From contig RDEW01000002.1 of NCBI GenBank assembly GCA_011109175.1, forward strand, positions 198,299 to 262,298: 64,000 nucleotides of DNA. Direction: 5' to 3'. Numbering within the stretch: position 1 is the stretch's first letter; every line of letters begins with the position of its first letter. Positions 51,980 to 64,000 of this stretch are shown here, piece after piece. This stretch comes from Dicyema japonicum. Lineage: Eukaryota > Animalia > Dicyemida. The notes under the pieces were generated by a model. It was given only the letters and a program-made list of their open reading frames with translations. It searched no databases and was not told the origin of the DNA. The position numbers and the translations under genes were made by a program.

Positions 51980-52920
51980 ATTTCTACTCAATCCCCTTAA
52001 TATAATTACAATATTCTGTTTTTTGGATTTAATTTGTTTTTTGGGTTTATCATCTAATTCTAGACATAAACTTATTTTTATAAACAATGTAGGTTAAAAT
52101 AATTAAATTGTACCTAAATGGAACTCTTTAGTTTTTCACTATTACTCAGATATAATAGATCATTAATAGACTTACTAGAAAGTCTCACCGCATAATCAAA
52201 ATCACTTTTTAAAGGATTTGGTACGCTCAGTTACTTGACTTAAATGTGATTTGGTGAAATACCTAAGAGATTATGTTTATTGATTCATGAAAATTGTTAG
52301 GTTTCTTAGTTTCTTATATCATCAGATACACAATTTTTTATTAAAAAATCTGTTCATATTTATAACTAGTTACTCGGATTGACATCCTTTAATTGTATCG
52401 GCTTGTATCGATCTCGACAGTTATATACTATACTTACTAGATGGATTTCGAACTCAACCGCTAATTTCCGAATAGCTTAGAAACTACCTCACTGTGATCA
52501 GATTTGAATAATAATACTGCACTCTACGAAGAGCCATATTAGCTATAGCTGCCCTCAAGATGTTCACTGATACCGGCGTCACTCGTCATGTTCACTGATA
52601 CCATCAATACTTTCGAAATAATAAAAAATGAAATTAGATCACTGAATAAATTCTTGATTCGCATCCGCGACGACAAATTAGAACAGTTTGCTGCCATGGT
52701 TCTCCCTTGACCGTTACTTGGGACACTTCTAGTCAATAAAACAATAATCGAAGTCTACACTTGTTTCAAGCTTCATGTTTGCTTGAACAACTTTTGCTGG
52801 GAGACGATTGACGTAATACGATATTTACCTTTCCTATCTTAAAGCTATAGATCAGCGATTCTCGATTGAGAGTGCGAGAAATAATTTTAAAATTATGATT
52901 ACTTGTACATTTATGCAAAT

Positions 52921-53225
52921 TTATTTATTAACCCGGATACACTGAGAAATAAGTTAAAATAAACAACTAATTAAGTGTATCCAGTTTCCACTTCTACGGA
53001 AACAGAGTTCATCCAGAATCAACATAGAAGGTTAAAGACGTCCATATTTGAAGTTGTGGAAACCCCTTAGTGGAGTAGAGAAGAGCAAATGATCCTTTTC
53101 GTGCCGGCCTGGAACTGGGCGCCAACCTTGACAGGTGGATCTTATGATGCCACTCTAGTAGGAAGAAAGAGGAAGAACAGACGAACATAACTGAAACTTC
53201 AACCAATTAGCGACGAAGCACCATA
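52921..53225 (-). mobile_element. SINE-like family 2 copy nested in the hAT left arm
   Basis: Homologous to 48350-48636. Confidence 0.65.
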
Positions 53226-53409
53226 TTGCGCCACGCGGCTATTTCCCGTTGGTGTATATGCAAAAGATCATCAAATAAAATATATATCAAGGGAAATTAA
53301 ATACATTTATATTTTCTTATAATTTATTATTAAATGTTAGAAAAATTTGGCTTGATAAAAAAAATAAAACTCGTGGTTATCTATGTCAACGTGTGTTAAA
53401 TTTCGAAAA

Positions 53410-55170
53410 TAAAAAGAAGACTATGTTGAATATGGCTTTATGAAGATAATTATTGATGGAATCGATTGACCTCAGTGCATGTTTTGTGATGCAATTTTAT
53501 CGAATTCAAATTTGAACAATCGAAGCTGAACGTACATTTTAAATCTATCCACGGAGGTGCAAAACGTTCAGGAAATGATTATGAATCTTTGAGTGCTAAA
53601 AGGGCACGATACGATATCCAAGGAACTCTTCCGAAGCCTGGGTTTACACACCATTGACAAACCGTTACTTTTGGCGTCATTCAAAATTGCATATGAAGCT
53701 GCGAAATCAAAGAAGACACATACTATTGCGGAGACTCTTATTAAGCCGTGTGCATTGGAAATTGTGAAAGCAGTTCTGGGTCCAGACGCCTTTCGAAAAC
53801 TGCAGCAGATTCCTTAATTTAATAGTTATATCCGGGATCGAATTAATTGTATCAGCGATGATACTCTTAAACAAGTTGTTTAGAACATAAGAATTCTTGC
53901 ATCAAGATTTCAATCTAGTTGGATGAATCTACCGATGTTGATAATTGCAGTCAACTAATTTGCTTCGTTCGTTATGTACAAGAAAATTTAATTGACGAAG
54001 AGTTTCTTTTTTGTAAACCTCTCGAAACAGAAACCTCTGCAAAAAATGTTTTTTCAAATAATCGAGACTTTTTAATGAATACGATATTCCATTGGAAATT
54101 ATCGGGTTAATTTGTACAGACGGTGCTCCAGTTATGCTGGGGAACAGGTCGGAGTTTGCAGCCTTTTAAGAAAACATGTTCCAGATGCAACAGTCAATCA
54201 CTGTATTCTTCATCGACATGCACTCTTATCTAAGTCTCAGCCAATGAAGTTAAAAGATGTCTTTAATTCGTGTTAAATCGTAAATTTATTCGAGGAAAGG
54301 CTTTGAATCATGATTTTCAAAGATGGCTTTCAAGAGGCCGTGTTTTAACAAGATTTTTGACGCCACTATTTTCTTGTATCATACTGATGTTAGATGGCTT
54401 TCAAGAGGCCGTGTTTTAACAAGATTTTTTATTCTCAGACGTGAAATCGAATAATTTTTATTTGAAAAAAAACTCTGAACTATTTGATTGTTTCAAATCT
54501 TCATATTTTGTGGTATTTTTGGCTTACATATTCAATCATCTTAACCAGTTGGATCTTTCAATTCAAGGGAAATGGAGGAGCATTATAAATGCTTCTGACA
54601 ATCTACGTGCCATCAAGAATAAACTGTTATTGTGGACTCGACGAATTCAAGACAATAATTTTGGAATTTTCCAACGCTGGATAAAATTGCTATTGAATTC
54701 AACTCGACTTTAGATAAAAATATTAAAAAAGAAATCAGCATTCATCTTGAATGTTTAAAACTTTCATTTGATGGGTTCTCAATCGGAAATATTAAAAATT
54801 CTGATACCTGGATTGTTAACCCATTTGCTTTCAAAATAGAAAAAATGGAATAGAAAAGAGATTAAAGACAATTTGATTGAAATGCAATCATCTACATCAA
54901 TGAGAATGTTGTACGACTCAAATTCTTTGGAGGTTTTTTGGTGCGGTTTGCAAATTGGTTTGCGACCCTTGCGAAAAAGCACTGGAAGTTCTGGATCTAT
55001 ATGCAACAACTTGGCTATGTGAATCTGGATTTTCATCTCTACTATATATAAGAAATAAGTACCGAAACGCTCTAATCCCTGAAAACGATCTGTGAATTAC
55101 ATTAGCTAACAAAAAACCACGCTTCGAAGAATTAATTAAAACTAAAAGACAGGAAAAGTCTCAAGGAACC
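53410..55170 (+). pseudogene. hAT Buster/ZBED5/SCAND3-type transposase, decayed
   Basis: HTIAETLIKPCA, DESTDVDNCSQLICFVRYV, FLFCKPL, CTDGAPVMLG, HCILHRHAL, TDVRWLSRGRVL, ATTWLCESGFS. Internal ~37-bp duplication (54321/54394). Confidence 0.9.
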
Positions 55171-55264
55171 TGACTAATTTTTTGAATAAAATTCGAATTC
55201 TCTTAGATTTAAAATTGAACTATTTGTTATTTTATGTAAATAAAAATATACACTGTATTCCGCG

Positions 55265-55500
55265 GAAAAAACGATGAGGGCAAAGGAGAAGAAATACGAA
55301 GCGCTACGCGACCGATTCGCGTTTTATCCGATAGTGGTCGAGACAACTGGAGGAATAAGTGGAAAATCGCTTCGCTTCCAAAAGAAACTTGGACGCTAAG
55401 CTACAATAAAAAGCCACGACGCACGTGAGACCCGGTGGCTACTCCAGTTGATTTCTGTTGCAATCGTGAGAGGCAACGCAACGTCGATATTGTCGGCGGG
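55265..55500 (+). mobile_element. CRE-type 3' remnant
   Basis: KEKKY, FYPIVVETTGG, ISVAIVRGNA. Confidence 0.75.
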
Positions 55501-55699
55501 GTCCAGTTTGGATGATGGCAGTTTTAATATGATTTACTGATTATTTAAATATGATTACTGTAAATTGGTTAATAATATTTTCCCAACCTTTAAAAAATTA
55601 AACTATGTAAATTAATAAATTTTATTTTAAAAAAAGGAAACAAAAATTAATTAAATTTTAATAAAGTTATACTCAATTCCCAATTGCCTCTCATTAGAA

Positions 55700-56500
55700 T
55701 TTTTAATATTTTCTTTATATTTCTTATTGAAGTAATGAATTCTGCATCATTGTCATTTTCAATATTTTCTAGAAGATAATTTTCAATCTCTCTAAATTTT
55801 AAAAGCATTTCAGCCTTGTTTAATGATTCATGTGCCTCTTGTTCTTTTCTTGAAACATTGAAGCATCTTTGTTTCCCGATAAATGATCGCTCAACTTATG
55901 TGTCCCTGACATATTGGCGCAAAGCATTACTGAAAATCTATCCTTGAAATTTTTATATCCGCCGAAAGTGATAGAAATTCTCCGATAATAATAAATTTAT
56001 AAAAATTACTCTCTCATCCAAATTATAAATATTTTCAGACAATTTACTCTGAAACTTTTTCAAAATTCTTTTAAAAAGCCATCAATATCCACATGTTTTT
56101 CAAGTCGCATTTCGAAGTGTAGTTCATTCATTTTTTTAAATTTCTCCAAAAACCCTGCCCTATGTAATATAGAGAATCGTTCAATAAAGTACCTTAATGT
56201 TTGAATAAATAATGTACCTTTTGATTCTATTGAATCCATCCAATCAGATTTTCATAAATATCCGGGTATTTTAATTTTTTACAAGTTTTTAGTTAGGATT
56301 TCTGTTCTTGAACTGAAATAAAAGCAATTCTGCGTTCATTAACATACATTGACTGTCCTTCTTGAGATTCACTTTTTAAAAGTAGAAGTAAATCTGTTGC
56401 ATGTCGTCTGACATGAAGCTGATTTATTGGTTTCTTTATACCGCAAAATATCCACTTTTTGAGCAATTGAATGTTTAGTGTAGCCTCCAACAAAAACATG
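55700..56500 (-). mobile_element. pogo/Tigger (CENP-B-like) transposase remnant
   Basis: YPDIYENLIGW, NIYNLDE, GYKNFKDRFSVMLCANMSGTHKL. Confidence 0.7.
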
Positions 56501-57369
56501 CTTGCTTTAAATTATTTAAATTTTTAATAAATATTTAAAAAATAAAAATAACTTTTAAAAATGTTGGCAAATTTCAGAATTGGCAAATATCGTTGAAAAA
56601 AGAAAAAATCGATAAAAATTTAAGAGTGGCATATTTGAAAGAGTTGAGGAAACTCTCTACGATCGAGGAGGTTGGAAGAAGTTAGTTCGGAGAATTGTTT
56701 TGAATGCTGCACGAGTGAAATTGTAACTATTATGATTTTACGAATGTTGCTTATAATAATAATATTTGAAACAGTTTACTGTATAAGGTAACTCATTGCT
56801 CACTTTCGATATCATTGATTCAATCGATCTTATAAAGATACTACATTACTGAAAATCACTTTCAGCCTAAAATTTTTAATAAACTACAACTATGGAGAGT
56901 ACTTTATCAATGTTCCAATCGTTCTTAGTTAGTTAGCTCAAACCTCACAAGTTTGTAGGAGGACAGCTGTATTCAATCCAGATGTTATCCGCATAAGAAT
57001 TCTGGTTACTGGTCATTTAAAAAGTTATTACACATTTGGAACGTAAAAGAAATTTGAAAGAAAAATAACACCTCGCTCTTATTACCAATACTGACACACA
57101 CCTGTGGTACCTGGGGACTTCAAAACAAGAAACCCACAGTTTAAACAACTACCACAGGCTTATCCATACAGGATCCCAAGGTCGGCGCCTTTTACTGCTA
57201 TCTCCTATCCTTCAAAGCTAATCACCAGGGCAATCGATGTTTATACTCAAGATTCATTCTCTTCTTTGCATTTCTTTGTCCACGAAAAGAAGTAAACCTC
57301 AAATAAATCATCAGGAGAATTGCCTCTAAATACGAAACTGTTAATTAGGTGAGTGCACTGGGAAGTCTT

Positions 57370-58720
57370 TCAATCGCTGACTATTCACCTTCATCATCCA
57401 GGATCAAGAAACACATGTAGGATCTACGCAAACAAATAATAAGGTCATGATCGGGGACAATACACATGCACACTGACCTTTGGATAACACATCATCGAAT
57501 CCAAGATAGAGTCCCATCCTACTCAATGTCTTCGGCATCGATTGTGCAGCATCAGCTGAACTTATGGTACGTGAGTGATGCGACCATCAGTGGGAATTGG
57601 GAAATTGTAGTGGCATTGGTCGAGTCCGCCATCTATGCCATTGCCTCGCTTGCGTTGGAACTGAATCCGTATAAATGTGAAATCATTAACGTTGCTTTCG
57701 GAAAGGACGACTTTAACCGTGAGTAGCTACAATTTCTAATTATTTCAGTCACCAAATTTTTTTTGACTCTCCTCAATATGGCAGTAATATGTCAATTCTT
57801 CTGGTAGAGAAAAATGCATCCGTTCAACTATTCACATCCAACTTAAAACTCCTAGATCTTCACACGTCCTTATTATTCCTCAGACTCCTTTTTCTTCTGG
57901 TCAATACTCAATGTCTTCACGCTCATTCCCGTCGGAGGAGTGCTGGGAGGAGTTTAAGACACAATGCAATCAACGGCGTTATTGCTTGGGGACTTGAGTC
58001 GGTAAGATTTCTGTTTAATTGGATCCACTTGGACTCGCCCAGCTAACCAAAGCACATGAAATCTAGTGAATTTTTTGATTTTAGAGTTCTTGGATGCTCG
58101 CAATGCTTCCTCAGCTTTCAATGCGGAATCTGATAATTTTGTGTGCGAAAAGGTGACTGTGCATGACCCATGGCGAATCAGACAATCATTGAAAGAAAAA
58201 AAACTGTGATCATTCTGATTTAAACAAAATAAATCCTTTATTACCAAAATGGTAAAACATGCTAAATTAATATTTACTGCATTTTTGGTGGAATTGTTTT
58301 AATATAAATCACTCCGACTAAAGTTACAAAAACTCATACCGTTTCCAATAGAACGGAAATTCAATTATCGCTAAGAAATTGTAAATTCAGCATATATGTA
58401 ATCGGTACCTTGACCGGGACGCCACCTGTCTGGATAGCCTATCTCCCTCAAACCTTGTGATAATAATAACTAACCCAGACTCTACTTCCGAGTAAGATGA
58501 GACCCTAAAGATGAAGAAATAAGTATGTCTTGGTGGACAGTTCATTTTTGAACCAGTCGCAGAGGAAACGTCAGGAATCATATGAAGCATGTCATTAATC
58601 CTGAAAACAGAATCGGATCGCTCATCGAGAAGAAAATAATAGGAGACAAAGAGCTGGCCAATTGAGCTTATTTCCTTACAATCGTCCGGGTAAATAAGTT
58701 CACATTTATGAGAGCAGGCA
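57370..58720 (+). mobile_element. Several decayed CRE-type segments (RT and REL)
   Basis: LNLWYVSDATI, LELNPYKCEI, HAHSRRRSAGRSLRHNAIN, FEPVAEETSG, LTIVRVN. Confidence 0.7.
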
Positions 58721-59271
58721 GTAGTTGTTAACTGTTAGTTTTTGCATTAAACATTCTGATTTCAAAAATAGATATGATAAATTCAAGATATAAACCGAAA
58801 TATCGATCGTTACAATTCATATAGAATGTAACTTTTTGCTTATTTTCGATATCATTGACATAAACGATTTTAAAAAAGAGATTGTCTGGGGTGAAGATTT
58901 CACTCGTCTCGGCGACAACGTGCTGTACGTAAAATATGATGAGAGGTGTTGTATTTAGTTATTTAGAGTTCTCAAATGCTCGCGATGCCTCACCATATAT
59001 TAACAAAGATTAATTTTGACTACAAAAAGGTATTGTCGATGCCCCAGGTCGAATCAGACATTTAAACAGAAAAAAAGAATAAGTATTATCTTGTCTGAGC
59101 GTTTTATATCACCACGATATCAGAATTAAACTTGAAAATGCAGAAGACTGTGACTATTAAGAGAGAAAACAACAAAAGGGCTTTTTGAAAAATGATAATT
59201 AACGAAATTATCATGAACGTCCTTGGGAGTACTTAAAATAAAAAAATAAAATTAACAAGAAATTAAAGTCT

Positions 59272-60444
59272 TTAAAGAAGAGGAATATATTTCATCCGTC
59301 TTATCCAATTTCGGCGTTTTATCTTAACAAATGTGATCACTCCTATGATTGAAGGTGTTACAACGGTGAGTATAATTCCTATAATAATATACATTTTTGA
59401 ATGATTATAATTTTTATTTTTTCCAGGAATTCCTTTTTCAAAACACCCGACTCTAAAATTCAAAAAAATTAAACCGTTCCCAATATAACGGAATTTCAAA
59501 TCATCCCTAAGAATTTGTGCCTTAAATAATGAAAATTCAGCATATATGTCATCAGTAAATTTAGCAATAAGCAAGTCGGAGGTGCATGAATTCCTAACAT
59601 CAACCAATTTGGATTTATTAGGTCTCCAAGACAGAGTATACACGCTATCGATGATTAACTGAATGTTGGAGATATAATATTTGTTCTCATAAAATATAAA
59701 TGTAAAAATATTCTAAATGTATCCTATAAAAGACAACGCCACACTATTGTTTCCAAAATTTATCGTAGTCTTTATATTTTCGTCTGAAAATAAATTCATT
59801 AATCAACTATATAAATATACAATTTACGTTTTTATGAATGTGATCATTAAAAATATGATTTTAAAATTCCCACTTAATATAGCTTTTAGTCTATTTTCGG
59901 CAATAAAATATCAATATCGAACATTTGGATCGTTAGATGGATTACAGTCATTAGCTAAATTAAACAAGATTCAAACCCTTTCCAATTAAATTTGTACGTA
60001 TATCTTTATCGAACAATTCTGCCGTCATAGAATAAATTGTGAGAGAATAATGATTCTCAAAATTTACGGAGATATACCCGCATCAGTAATATTCTCCATA
60101 TTTAATATTTGGAAGATTTATTGTATTCGTATAGGTTTCATCCCTTTGTGTGTTAAATAATAATTACTAGAATTTAATTCTATGTATATTGAGAGGTTGT
60201 AGAATTCCTTGATAATACACCAAAAAAATTAAAAATTAAGTTTGTTATTTGGAATTTATTTCATTCCATCATAAAAATTCCAGATTCCATAATGAATGTT
60301 AAATAAATAATTCTTTGTCTACCATTATAATTATTTATAAAATACATTTTTACGAGTACTCGTCAATAAACAATTTCCATATAATGACATATGAGGTCTG
60401 AATTTGATATTCGTGATTGAGGACAAAATCATTAACAATAACAT
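59272..60444 (-). CDS. Putative two-domain LAMP-like membrane protein (possibly degraded)
   Basis: Signal-like MLLLMILSS; domain 1 KYGEYY*CGYISV..IGK|ANDCN with the same phase-1 intron as the family; domain 2 SC..FKAQILR..IGN; TM MYIIIGIILTVVTPSIIGVITFV; tail KYIPLL. 5' end is approximate. Confidence 0.5.
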
Positions 60445-60929
60445 AAAAATGTATAATGAACACTTCGATGTGTATAATTTAGGTCACTTGTTATATTGAT
60501 GAATTTATTTTTAAATTATAATAGTTTCGAAACTATTAAAACTTATATTAATTTTATAATTGTAATAATCTTATTTCATTAATTCATTAATCAAGAAAGT
60601 TACTTCACACTGCACATGTAAAGCGTCATTTATTTTAAGCCACGTGCTACCATGTGATGCTATTTGCTATTTGGTTAAAAATTTATCTTCCTTCACTTTG
60701 ATAACTTATTTGATCCTACTTACTAAAAAGACGCCGCCATTCACAAAGATCTTACTATTCTTTTCCGAGGAGACAATTTCGTTACCTCGAGACGACTTTT
60801 AGAATCGCTGGAACACGTCAGGATCAATTATCTAGTTTGGGTTAACCCTCGCTTATCGAAAAATTGTTATTTTTATTTATTTAAGAATTCATTAGTTTTT
60901 CATCATCAAAAATTTCATATTAGGTCTTC

Positions 60930-62180
60930 GTTAAGGTGCTGATTCTTGGCCGAACATGATATTTCCGACCCCGTTCGGTTCTGTCATCCGGATAAATTCA
61001 CTCATCCCTCCTTTTCTGGACAAATCGAACCCTTTTTGTTACGCCTATCAGAGAGTCGGAAAGGTAGACGAATTCCTCTGAGGACACCAAAGGCCGCTCG
61101 AATTCCCACTGCAGAATACCTCACGTCTTTAATTTATAAAGCTATCAGTACCAGCGACCAGATTTCTTGGATACGTCTACTGAGCTTTGCACCTATGACC
61201 CTAGGAATTTCTGGCTCAGAGAAAGCTCGCAACTGATCATTGGCCTCAAAATTTAAGAAGAATATTTCTTCAATTTTGGCAACTTCAACGCAGCAAGACT
61301 CTGGAATCGAGCCTGATCAAGTACTTCGGCGTAAAGTTGTCCACAGAAGCTGAGTGTATACAAAAAGATTCTAAAACATTTAAAGAGAGTGAACCGAAAA
61401 CTGATGGAAAACGGCGTTCGTGCAGCTGTTAGAGTAATGTCTTGTGACGAATCACTATTGAAGTCTTGGAGTTACTGAGAAGGAAGCTCCCTACTCAACC
61501 AACAAACTAGCGGAACTTGACAATGCCAGAAGACCGCCCTGCATTTATTTCCACGGAATTTGAAGTAGTGCGTGGAATAAAGTCTTTTGCTCCCAGTAGC
61601 TGCGGAGGTCTGGACAAACTGCGCTCAACCCATTAAAAGGACTTAACATCCGGAACTACTGCTAAAGCCGGCCGTCCTTGTTAACGTCTATCACCTAGAT
61701 GTTCACTCGATTTGTTAATGGTGATATTTCAAAATTTGCTAGAGATCTTCTTTTTTGTGGACATCTATTGGCATTCAGAAAAGGAGATGGTGTCCGCCCA
61801 AATGAGATCAGTACATACTTTTAAGACTTGCTACTAAAATCGCCGCCCGGAGAGTCTCCTACAATAGTGCTGAAGAGCTGTGGGGTGGGAGTGATCGGTG
61901 GTTGCGAGGCAGCAGTCCACGCCGTGAGGAGTTACTTCAACAACAATAATTCTTTGACCCAATGGCTCGGCCTGAAGCTTGATATATCAAATGCCTTCAA
62001 CTCGCTGAGGAGAAACTTTATTTTGGAAACCTGTTGGAAGTGAGCTCCAGAGATTGGCTGACTAGTACACCTATCGTATGGGACGGACTCAGCATTAGTT
62101 TATGAAAACGACATCGTTTATTCACTCATAAGAGTTCAGCAGGGAAACCCTCTAGGGCCAACTTTTCATCCCTTGCGAGC
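60930..62180 (+). mobile_element. CRE-type retrotransposon 5'/RT part, truncated at the hAT tail
   Basis: KSFAPSSCGGLDKLR, GVGVIGGCEAAVHAVR, LKLDISNAFNSLRR, VQQGNPLGP. Confidence 0.85.
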
Positions 62181-62269
62181 TGAAGTCGAGTTGTCCAAGA
62201 AGTCCTTATTTACGCAACTGGACATACCTCGACTCTGAGTTTGATAAAGTTATCATCTACTTTATACAA

Positions 62270-62434
62270 AAAATAAGTACCGAAACGCTCTAATCCCCGA
62301 AAACGATCTCTGAATTGCATTAGCTAACAAAAAACCACGCTTCGAAGAAATAATTAAAACTAAAAGACAGGAAAAGTCTCAAGGAACCTGACTAATTTTT
62401 TGAATAAAATTCGAATTCTCTTAGATTTAAAATT
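62270..62434 (+). repeat. Second copy of the hAT transposase 3' tail
   Basis: Near-identical to 55053-55216 (AAATAAGTACCGAAACGC...TTAGATTTAAAATT). Confidence 0.95.
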
Positions 62435-62497
62435 TGGAGGTGCGAGGTTGGTTTTGAAACTTGGGGGTGCAAACTCAAAACAAATCGAGAAGCTCTG

Positions 62498-63130
62498 CTA
62501 TAGATGGAGAGTACCAGATCGGACGATAAATAACTTATTGATGAATGATTCGGAACTTTTAGATATTTTATGAAACTAAAAACTCTGGACATATCTTCAA
62601 GAACCAAAGATTTTGCTGGATGACTTCTTGTAAAATATGAAAACATCTTGCATGGGACGTGGTATGTGATGCTTCTCCTACTTCAATTTAGCACTAACAC
62701 CTGAAATTCTCAAATAAATAAACGAGAAACTATTTGAAAGGCAGTTAATCTTAAAGAATGTGATAATTTGACATTCGTTGAGAACACGAAGAAAAACGGA
62801 CAACTGAGTATAAAGATGGCTGATTGGCTTATTCCATAATCATGAACGCAGCTTTCTATTGATTCGAACAGCATAGGAAGAGTTTTTCTGGATTTCCCAA
62901 GATCGTCTCAAACAGTTGAAGAGGAAAAGTTTTACAAATACGATCTCTCTTTGCAAAAGACCACTCGTTTTTTATGACGCCCAAGTAAAAATTATCCCTA
63001 TGGAATGACGCTTTAAGGAATTGTTAAAAATTATTTCGAAAATTATATCGATAAGTTGTCGGTAGAAGAGAGAGTGAAGGCAAAAACCCTTTCATCTGTG
63101 CTTAAAAGTATGATCACCGAACAAGACATA
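62498..63130 (+). mobile_element. R2/R4-like remnant, right half of the copy split by the hAT (left half ~52560-52852)
   Basis: SQDRLKQLKRKSF, KIIP and GIVK motifs; collinear with 46740-47350. Confidence 0.75.
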
Positions 63131-64000
63131 TGATTAAAATCCCGAAGGATGAATACATCTTTTCTAACAATCTTGTGTAGCTGACATGTGATTATTGAGA
63201 CACTACATGTGGGTAGAGGAGTAATTATTATGTAAGAAAAAAAATCAAAATGATCAAACTGTAATAATTGAATGTCTGCTTCTGCTTACATCTGTAAGAG
63301 AAATCTTTTGAACAGATACTCGGTTTCCCGAAAATCGTATCTCGTTTTCGATATCATAGACCCAATGACCTTAGAAAAAAGACTCCCTTGGACCGAAGAC
63401 TATGCTCACCTCGACGACAACGGGATGTACATAGAATCTGGTAAAGAGACTATCATATTTTCATATTCTCGAATATTTGAGTAGCCTCCCCAGTTTTCAA
63501 TTTCAGAGTTTAAAGTTTTGACAGAGAAAAGGTGTCTGTATTTAATAAAGCTCGTAACAGTTTTTTATATACCTAATTCTGGCACTTGAAAATAGTAAAG
63601 ACGATTTAAATAATATTTTACCACTTTGGAAGCTTCTCAGTGATAACTTTGTTATATCTTCACTTCTTGAACATTACGTGTCCTTATAATAATTAGACAT
63701 CAGATCTACAAATTGGTTAGAATCCTTTGATATTCAGCTCAATTCAAGTTCAGCGTTCGATCATTACATAAAATATAGTCAACGAATATAATTAAAAATA
63801 TTTTCTATTGATGTCGTTCCTTGTATAGTAATAGTGCGACTAATTTCACATATCACAGTTTTTACCATTTTTATATGAATTTTTGAAAGATTAACGTCCC
63901 TTCATTTACATCTTTTATTGATCTCCCTGGGTAATCTCGCTGTCAAATCGAAAATAAATATCTTTACCTTTCATAATACCACGTGACACAATGGACGTCT

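Larger units (their letters stand above)
52853..62497 (+). mobile_element. hAT (Buster/Charlie-type)-bounded 9.6-kb segment
   Basis: Left end CAGCGATTCTCGA, right end TCGAGAAGCTCTG, identical 8-bp flanks CTATAGAT (52845-52852, 62498-62505); the empty site at ~46720-46760 aligns without gaps. Confidence 0.8.

Noticed and set aside
58900-59060. RRM fragment (VFSYLEFSNARDA)
   Set aside because: A single short motif without an open context.

Overview
AT-rich eukaryotic genomic DNA, most likely from an animal (metazoan-type TBCEL, GTSF1, hexokinase and RNGTT-type triphosphatase). Genes carry ultrashort spliceosomal introns (mostly 20-29 nt), which suggests a reduced parasite such as a myxozoan or dicyemid; that assignment is an inference. 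Small gene islands (TBCEL, GTSF1-like, PGAM, hexokinase, tRNA-Ser, RNA 5'-triphosphatase, four LAMP-like membrane genes) sit among mostly decayed TEs: CRE-type, R2/R4-like, RTE and Jockey/I-like non-LTR elements, two SINE families, hAT, Ginger/Tdd, Merlin and pogo/Tigger. Single-base deletions in short homopolymers break even housekeeping genes and look like long-read errors, so the ORF track is fragmented. Highlights: (1) a complete 2.0-kb Ginger2/Tdd-type transposon with TIRs, a 5-bp TSD and six tiny introns, one of them GC-AG; (2) a 9.6-kb hAT-bounded segment with a matching 8-bp TSD, a paralogous empty site and a two-domain LAMP-like gene inside; (3) a triplicated LAMP-like family with divergent sorting tails; (4) a capping-type RNA triphosphatase with no visible guanylyltransferase domain; (5) a tRNA-derived SINE sharing its 3' tail with an RTE LINE. 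All identifications come from manual translation and motif recall, and most TE boundaries are approximate.
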